Source: Lama guanicoe
Taxonomy: Eukaryota
Assembly: GCA_013239625.1 (NCBI GenBank)
Contig: MU056134.1
Coordinates: 3,422,477-3,486,476, forward strand
Direction: 5' to 3'
Length of the DNA: 64,000 bases
In this document: in pieces, positions 61,001 through 64,000 of the stretch
How positions within the stretch are numbered: position 1 is the first letter of the stretch
How the letters are laid out: each line of letters starts with the position of its first letter
The notes under the pieces: generated by a model
The model's database searches: none
Told to the model about the DNA's origin: nothing
The model's input: the letters and a program-made list of their open reading frames with translations, nothing else
Position numbers and translations under genes: made by a program

Positions 61001-62951
61001 TTGACCAACTCCTAGGCCAGACCAGAAAGGGCATTGACCCACAGAAGAAGAAACTGGCAGATCTTCGAATAAGTCAAGTCCAGCTCTCCTCCTGACCCCA
61101 GCCTGTCAGAATCTGAGTTTCTGCCCAGTGACTAGAGTTCCCACAGCTGTCCTGCTGGGACAGCCAGAGAGGGGCTCTCTCCATCAAGAGTGGTCTTCAT
61201 GAGCGCAGCCCGTGAAGGTGTGGGGACAGCTGGTCATGCACAGCGGTCTCTGGGAAGAGCCCGGGAAACCTCCGCATCACTCCTCTAGCAAGCTGCCGCC
61301 CCCCTCTGCGCAGCTTTCAGCAAGGAGCTCCAGGTTACCACGGAGATGTGGAAGCAAAGTGACTGAGAAGGGGCAGAGACAAAACACCTGGTGGGAGGGA
61401 AGAAGTCCTGAATCCAGCTGCCTGCCACAGGGGCCCAGAGAGGCTGGCCTGGAGGCAACACTTGGTCCTTATGCCCCTGCGAAAGGCAGCCTGGGTCATT
61501 CCTAAGGTACCTCTCGTCTCAGAGGGCAGGGCCTCCCAGCTTCCAAACACCTCCCTGCCTAGGCCTGCATCAGCCTCTTCTCAGCAAGAGCCTGGCTGGT
61601 AGCACATGCCTGTCCCAGGACCCCTCCCTGAGGGAGCTGCAAAGAGGATGCACTGGCCAGCCCCCTAACCTGCACCGTCTGCATTGTACGTGCATTGCAC
61701 ACATGGTGGGTGTGTGACCTTCACAAAGCAGCAGCCTGCCACGCCCCCCTCTCCCACCAGCATTCACTGCCGACCTTCTGCTCTAAGTGCCAAGACCTCA
61801 GCTCAAGGGTCTCCAGTGACTAGAAACGAACCCCCGGAGAGCAATCCAATTCCTTCCTGCTCTCCCAACCCTATCCACGCTCTCCCACTGCCGCTGTTCA
61901 GAGAGGAGAGAGCACAGGCAGCATGTGCACTCCGAGCACACAATACCCTGGCTGCTCAACCTCCTCTCCTCTCTCCGGAAACAAAGAGACTCCCAACTTC
62001 TCCCTCCAGCCCGGGCTGGCACCCTCCTAGTCCAAGGCACCGCTGGCCAGACCATCCGTCACACTCCGATCGGCCCCTGCTGACCCCTCTCCAGCCCCCA
62101 GGTTGCCATCCCAACAGGTCCAGCCTTGCCACTTTCTCTCCTTAACAGCCTCTCCAGGAAGTTGCCCACAGCCTCTTAAGCTAAGCCACTAATTCCCCAC
62201 AGATCCTTGGAGGTACCTGGACCCTTCCAGCCTAGTCCTTCCATTTCGAAGCCACCCTGCCCTGAGTGGCCCCCAGACTTCAACTCCAGGCTCGAAGCTG
62301 GCCAGCACGGGGTGAACACAGGCCCAGCCACTTGTGCCCCCTCCCTTCCCTGCTGCCCTCTAAATCTTGACAGCCACATCTCAGCCCACTCCAGCCAGCC
62401 CCAGGGGTGGGAAGACACCACCTCCCGGGAGAAGGGGCCTGGGTTACCATAGGTGCAGTTACAGCAGAAGCGAATGATGAGGAGAATTTCCATGGCAGCC
62501 TCGGTCCCCGCGGCAGGAGCGTGTGGCCATCGCTCCCGACTCCCCAGTTCCCATCAGCAGCGTGGCCACTCAGCCACCTTCCCGGCTGCTGCTGCTCAGC
62601 CTCCAGAATCAAGCCGCCGCCGCTTCTCAGTGCTCCTCTAGCAAGGGGGAGGGGAGGGGAGGGCGGCGCGCGTGGGGCGGGGGAGGGGGAGGAGGGGAGC
62701 GAGCCGCCTGCCGGCATCCTAAGGAGCAGCACGTTTGTAGCTGGCCAGCTGCCTGGGGACAGAGGCTGGATTTCTCGCGTGCATGCGCTCACACACACTC
62801 ACACACGCGCCCGTGCACACAAGCAGGGCACTGTGCTCCACAAAGCCAGACAAAGGAAGGTGACTGTTATCCAACCCTTCCCCAAAGTACCTTCCATAGT
62901 GACTGACGTGTGGCTGTCCTTGGAGTCCTTGGGACCTTTCACTTTGAGTTC
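9930..62951 (-). CDS. ABR: Active breakpoint cluster region-related protein (RhoGEF/RhoGAP), 5'-partial: exons 6-23; exons 9, 13 and 21 unresolved in N runs
   Basis: 15 visible exons translate to recognisable ABR peptides (DH C-terminus, PH, C2, RhoGAP, C-terminal STDV) with GT-AG sites. Confidence 0.98.
10664..10811 (-). CDS. ABR: ABR exon 22 (148 nt)
   Basis: ctttcag|G...CAG|gtacct; [26 protein letters not shown]...DVMAQ. Confidence 0.96.
11150..11297 (-). mobile_element. MIR SINE
   Basis: gaggttaagtgacttgcccaaagtcacccagctagcaagtggtagagctggg. Confidence 0.85.
11845..11882. repeat. Imperfect (CA)n microsatellite
   Basis: cacacacacaaatacacacatacacacacacacaca. Confidence 0.9.
12506..12700. 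mobile_element. Ancient hAT-Charlie MER fragment (subfamily uncertain)
   Basis: cagcaggcttcaaagtttttggactgtgacccatagtaa...ttttacatgatcatccagtacac resembles Charlie-type termini. Confidence 0.55.
12947..13086 (-). other. ABR: N run (140 nt), inferred to contain ABR exon 21 (ALSDPAAK...EHLKR, about 106 nt)
   Basis: Exon 20 ends phase 1 and exon 22 starts phase 2, so an exon is required; none is visible elsewhere in the interval. Confidence 0.8.
13997..14131 (-). CDS. ABR: ABR exon 20 (135 nt)
   Basis: cctacag|AT...G|gtgagg; [44 protein letters not shown]. Confidence 0.96.
14915..15030 (+). mobile_element. MIR SINE
   Basis: gagtcagaaagatctgagtttaaatc...ctcaggtttcttatctgtagcaatgg. Confidence 0.7.
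15271..15410 (-). CDS. ABR: ABR exon 19 (140 nt), with the RhoGAP arginine finger
   Basis: [46 protein letters not shown]; GIYR Arg codon at 15323-15325; donor gtgagt. Confidence 0.97.
16109..16218 (-). CDS. ABR: ABR exon 18 (110 nt)
   Basis: aaacag|ATC...AA|gtaggt; [36 protein letters not shown]. Confidence 0.96.
16480..16539 (-). CDS. ABR: ABR exon 17 (60 nt)
   Basis: tttctctgcag|TTG...GGG|gtgagc; [20 protein letters not shown]. Confidence 0.96.
16800..17120. mobile_element. Two adjacent MIRs in opposite orientation (- then +)
   Basis: tattatcatcccattttatagatgcagaaacaggctca, then gaatcccagttctgccactggtgaccttggg...ggattgttgtgaagactcagtgagataa. Confidence 0.7.
17262..18130. mobile_element. 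Charlie7-like hAT DNA transposon fragment (AT-rich island, includes a (TA)n run near 17888)
   Basis: cagtggccttcaaactg terminus; ttaaaataaaactgttacatcattcttttaaatgtat...tttgatacccgccatcatccatttaaaaa matches recalled consensus. Confidence 0.75.
19245..19620. mobile_element. Two MIRs in opposite orientation (+ then -)
   Basis: ctgggcaagtcacttaccctcctggaacctcaatttcctca; cccatttctacagacaaggacaccgaggcac. Confidence 0.7.
22100..22186 (-). ncRNA. Degenerate ortholog of the human MIR3183 hairpin locus; probably not a functional miRNA
   Basis: Colinear similarity to the recalled hsa-mir-3183 precursor, in the same intron and orientation. Confidence 0.4.
23550..24002 (+). mobile_element. L2 LINE 3' fragment
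   Basis: ccaaactccttgccatggcctgcaaggcc...aagctccatgagagcaagg...aaatgaatgaa tail. Confidence 0.7.
29130..29830 (-). promoter_or_regulatory. ABR: Intragenic CpG island / alternative ABR promoter
   Basis: Very CpG-dense; GC box at 29704-29715; GGAAGTGACTCA at 29722-29733. Confidence 0.85.
29235..29396 (-). CDS. ABR: ABR alternative first exon in intron 16 (short GAP-type isoform), 54 codons
   Basis: agcATGA start; [54 protein letters not shown]; donor AAG|gtgcct, phase 0, matches exon 17; resembles a recalled human short-isoform N-terminus; lies in a CpG island. Confidence 0.88.
38120..38300 (-). mobile_element. MIR SINE
   Basis: cccattgtacaggtgaggaaactgaggctcagagaggtaaagtagcttgc. Confidence 0.85.
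38950..39406 (+). mobile_element. L1MB-like LINE-1 3' end
   Basis: ggaaacaacccaaatgtccactgatggatgaatagataaacaaaatgt...gatgaaaagttctggagatggacggtggtgacggttgcacaac...aaaatggtaaattt. Confidence 0.9.
44556..44687 (-). CDS. ABR: ABR exon 16 (132 nt)
   Basis: ccccag|GAG...CAG|gtgagg; [44 protein letters not shown]. Confidence 0.96.
45098..45195 (-). CDS. ABR: ABR exon 15 (98 nt)
   Basis: ccacag|AC...GAG|gtgagt; [32 protein letters not shown]. Confidence 0.96.
47230..48225. mobile_element. Cluster of MIR fragments (+, +, -)
   Basis: cttagttttctcatctggcaaatgggg; gctgaggctcagagaggttaagagacttccccaaggtcaca. Confidence 0.7.
48401..48475 (-). CDS. ABR: ABR exon 14 (75 nt)
   Basis: ctcttgcag|AC...A|gtaagt; [24 protein letters not shown]. 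Confidence 0.96.
49453..49592 (-). other. ABR: N run (140 nt), inferred to contain ABR exon 13 (DLQAFVLSS...TSNKD, about 105 nt)
   Basis: Peptide expected between exons 12 and 14 is not visible; pyrimidine tract ttcccctctctc on - runs directly into the gap. Confidence 0.8.
49700..49717 (-). CDS. ABR: Candidate 18-nt ABR microexon (inserts APGPSP)
   Basis: ctctctcgttcttacccctcccgcag|CACCAGGACCATCCCCAG|gtgagc; frame-preserving between phase-1 exons 12 and 13. Confidence 0.55.
50001..50076 (-). CDS. ABR: ABR exon 12 (76 nt)
   Basis: tcttcag|AGC...G|gtaaag; [25 protein letters not shown]. Confidence 0.96.
50252..50270 (+). promoter_or_regulatory. CTCF-binding motif
   Basis: TGGCCAGCAGAGGGCACTG fits the CCASYAGRKGGCRSY core without mismatch. 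Confidence 0.65.
50445..50567 (-). CDS. ABR: ABR exon 11 (123 nt)
   Basis: cctgcag|AAA...AAG|gtcagg; [41 protein letters not shown]. Confidence 0.96.
50645..51136 (+). mobile_element. Solo LTR, MER74-like (ERVL)
   Basis: gcccctcccagg, gctaattccta, cctttcatgtgcaaaccaac, ttattcaaactagcc and ggcgtggcgtgcccccttctcttggaaactgtaagtaa match recalled MER74 consensus; ends in CA. Confidence 0.85.
51440..51960 (+). mobile_element. Old L1ME-like fragment
   Basis: ttttacccactagactggcaaaatt...gtaaacctttcagaggtgcatctggcaat...cccacttgtagggaatcta. Confidence 0.65.
52880..53480 (-). mobile_element. Old L1M ORF2-region fragment
   Basis: tttaaggctatacattttcctctgaagagcactttggctgcatctcttaggttttgctatg is typical antisense L1. 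Confidence 0.65.
53752..53917 (-). CDS. ABR: ABR exon 10 (166 nt)
   Basis: tttgcag|G...GAG|gtgagc; [55 protein letters not shown]. Confidence 0.96.
54730..54950 (+). mobile_element. MIR SINE, near full length
   Basis: ttttgagtcagatgaaggttcaaatc...gaccttgggcaattt...ctcatctgtgagatggggataata...aagcactcaataaatggtagc. Confidence 0.85.
54985..55340 (+). mobile_element. Old L1ME-like 3' fragment
   Basis: taagtaaattatggcgtatccac...gggaaaatgcttatgacat...ggaaaaagcag. Confidence 0.6.
55457..55588 (-). other. ABR: N run (132 nt), inferred to contain ABR exon 9 (TRQLVKDGF...KTSAG, about 122 nt)
   Basis: Exon 8 ends phase 0 and exon 10 starts phase 2, so an exon is required; none is visible elsewhere in the interval. 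Confidence 0.8.
55690..55925 (+). mobile_element. MIR SINE, near full length
   Basis: gtggttaagcgcactggctttggggtca...catctgtaaaatggataatgata...cacagtgcctggtatgta. Confidence 0.85.
57263..57403 (-). CDS. ABR: ABR exon 8 (141 nt)
   Basis: ttcccag|GAC...GAG|gtgagc; [47 protein letters not shown]. Confidence 0.96.
57987..58039 (-). CDS. ABR: ABR exon 7 (53 nt)
   Basis: ccaacag|CT...CAC|gtgagt; [18 protein letters not shown]. Confidence 0.96.
59270..59435. mobile_element. MER5-like (hAT-Charlie) element
   Basis: ttagcatcactggggagctcttcaaagatacagattcctg...cctgggcatcagcatttttaaaa...gattctga...ggttgaaaaatcact. Confidence 0.75.
60295..60490 (-). mobile_element. MIR SINE
   Basis: ctgagtacttactccgtgcc...ccccattttacagatgaggaaact...aagttacataacttgctcacaatcaca. 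Confidence 0.85.
61339..61362 (-). CDS. ABR: Candidate 24-nt ABR microexon (inserts VTLLPHLR)
   Basis: gtgttttgtctctgccccttctcag|TCACTTTGCTTCCACATCTCCGTG|gtaacc; frame-preserving between phase-1 exons 6 and 7. Confidence 0.35.
62448..62493 (-). CDS. ABR: ABR alternative first exon in intron 6, encoding [15 protein letters not shown]
   Basis: Optimal Kozak gctgccATGG; donor ATG|gtaacc, phase 1, matches exon 7; CpG-rich upstream; resembles a recalled human isoform N-terminus. Confidence 0.85.
62494..62830 (-). promoter_or_regulatory. ABR: CpG-rich alternative promoter and 5' UTR between exon 6 and the MEILL first exon
   Basis: CpG cluster, GC boxes and G-runs at 62645-62697, NRF1-like cgtgcatgcgc near 62778. 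Confidence 0.7.
62891..62951 (-). CDS. ABR: ABR exon 6 (61 nt)
   Basis: tttggcag|GAA...G|gtactt; [20 protein letters not shown]. Confidence 0.95.
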
Positions 62952-64000
62952 CTGCCAAACAGAGGAGAGGAATCACTACCTGGCCTGTCCCCTGAGCCTC
63001 CCCAACCCCCACTGTGAGCATGGCAGGAAGCAGGGCTCTGAAATTGGGGATGAAGATATGAGAAGAGAGACAAAGACCAATGCGCACAGGCCTCCCTCTG
63101 CCTAAAGAGTCCCTGGGCCACACCTATCACTTCCTGGAGCCTCGTGGGGTCCAGCAGCTGACACAGGCAAGAAGGCGTGGCTACCGGTCCCAGACAGGAC
63201 TGTGCACCTGGTGCTCCTCAGACCCATCCCCTAAATCCCCTCCCTGACTCAGAGCCTTCCAGAGAATGGGCAGTGGCAAGAGTGGGACCACCCCTCCCAG
63301 CCCCACCCCCTAGCAGCAGCCACTCCTCAGAGGGCTGCACACATCAGCCCAGGGCAGACAGGGTTTTAGTGGACAAGCATCAGTGTACCAGCTGATCCTA
63401 GGGCATGAGCAGCCTTGAGATAAGGAGCGAGGGGTCCTGCACACCTGGACAGGGGAAAGCAGGGAGGGGGTGCACCTGGGGCAGGGAGGCTGGGCTTCAC
63501 AGGGCAGTCCGAACTATACCTTACCCACATCACCCAGCCGCCAGCCCCACCTGCACTCCCTACCCACCGGTGCCTGCGCTAGGCATCAGAGAGGAAACTG
63601 CAAGGAAAGGGCAACACCGCTCCTGGATCCCATGCAAAGTGACAGGCAGTGAACGCGGCAGCAGACCCCAGGGGTGGCTTATCTGATCCTAACCACTTTG
63701 ATCTGCCTTTAGAGACAGGAGTTCCATCTCCAGCCCTTGCCAATGGACCAGTGTGGCCTGTAATCGGAACTGTAACACAATCCCCACTTGGAGGGTTGCT
63801 TGCAGGGAGGGAGCTCCAGGGGGGCTGCCGGAGGGAAGGCAGGGACGAGGTGAGGCCAAGGTCAGGTACCAGGTGATGCTGCCTGCTCTGCCTGGGAAGA
63901 AATGCCCAGGCAGTGGGGGCTCCACATTACCTACTCCTGCCTCAAGCTGTTTCTAGACAGAGAAAAACCCCACGGACTGAGCCTGGGGCGTGGAGAGGGT

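Noticed and set aside
1-64000. tRNA, rRNA, snoRNA, CRISPR arrays or prokaryotic systems
   Set aside because: None recognised; the window is spliced mammalian gene sequence

Overview
Mammalian (placental, species not determinable) genomic DNA carrying two convergent genes. The complete 4-exon TIMM22 gene is on + (CDS 538-4944, 194 aa). The 3' part of ABR (DH-PH-C2-RhoGAP protein) is on -, exons 6-23 by human numbering recalled from memory, 62951 down to the stop at 9930, poly(A) signal at 7385-7390. Fifteen ABR exons are visible with GT-AG boundaries and consistent phases. The other three (9, 13, 21) are absent from the readable sequence, and each expected position holds one of the three N runs. 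ABR has two internal CpG-rich alternative first exons: [15 protein letters not shown] (DH-truncated form) and MTDVLPQ...RQK (essentially GAP-only form). Most interesting candidates: two in-frame microexons (18 nt at 49700-49717; 24 nt at 61339-61362), a degenerate ortholog of the human MIR3183 hairpin, a probable overlap of the TIMM22 and ABR 3' ends, and a strong intronic CTCF motif. Repeats are all ancient (MIR, L2, L1M, MER20, MER5, Charlie7-like, MER74-like); I recognised no lineage-specific SINE. Most ORFs in the supplied track are chance ORFs in GC-rich intron sequence. No databases were searched; homology calls rest on recalled sequences.
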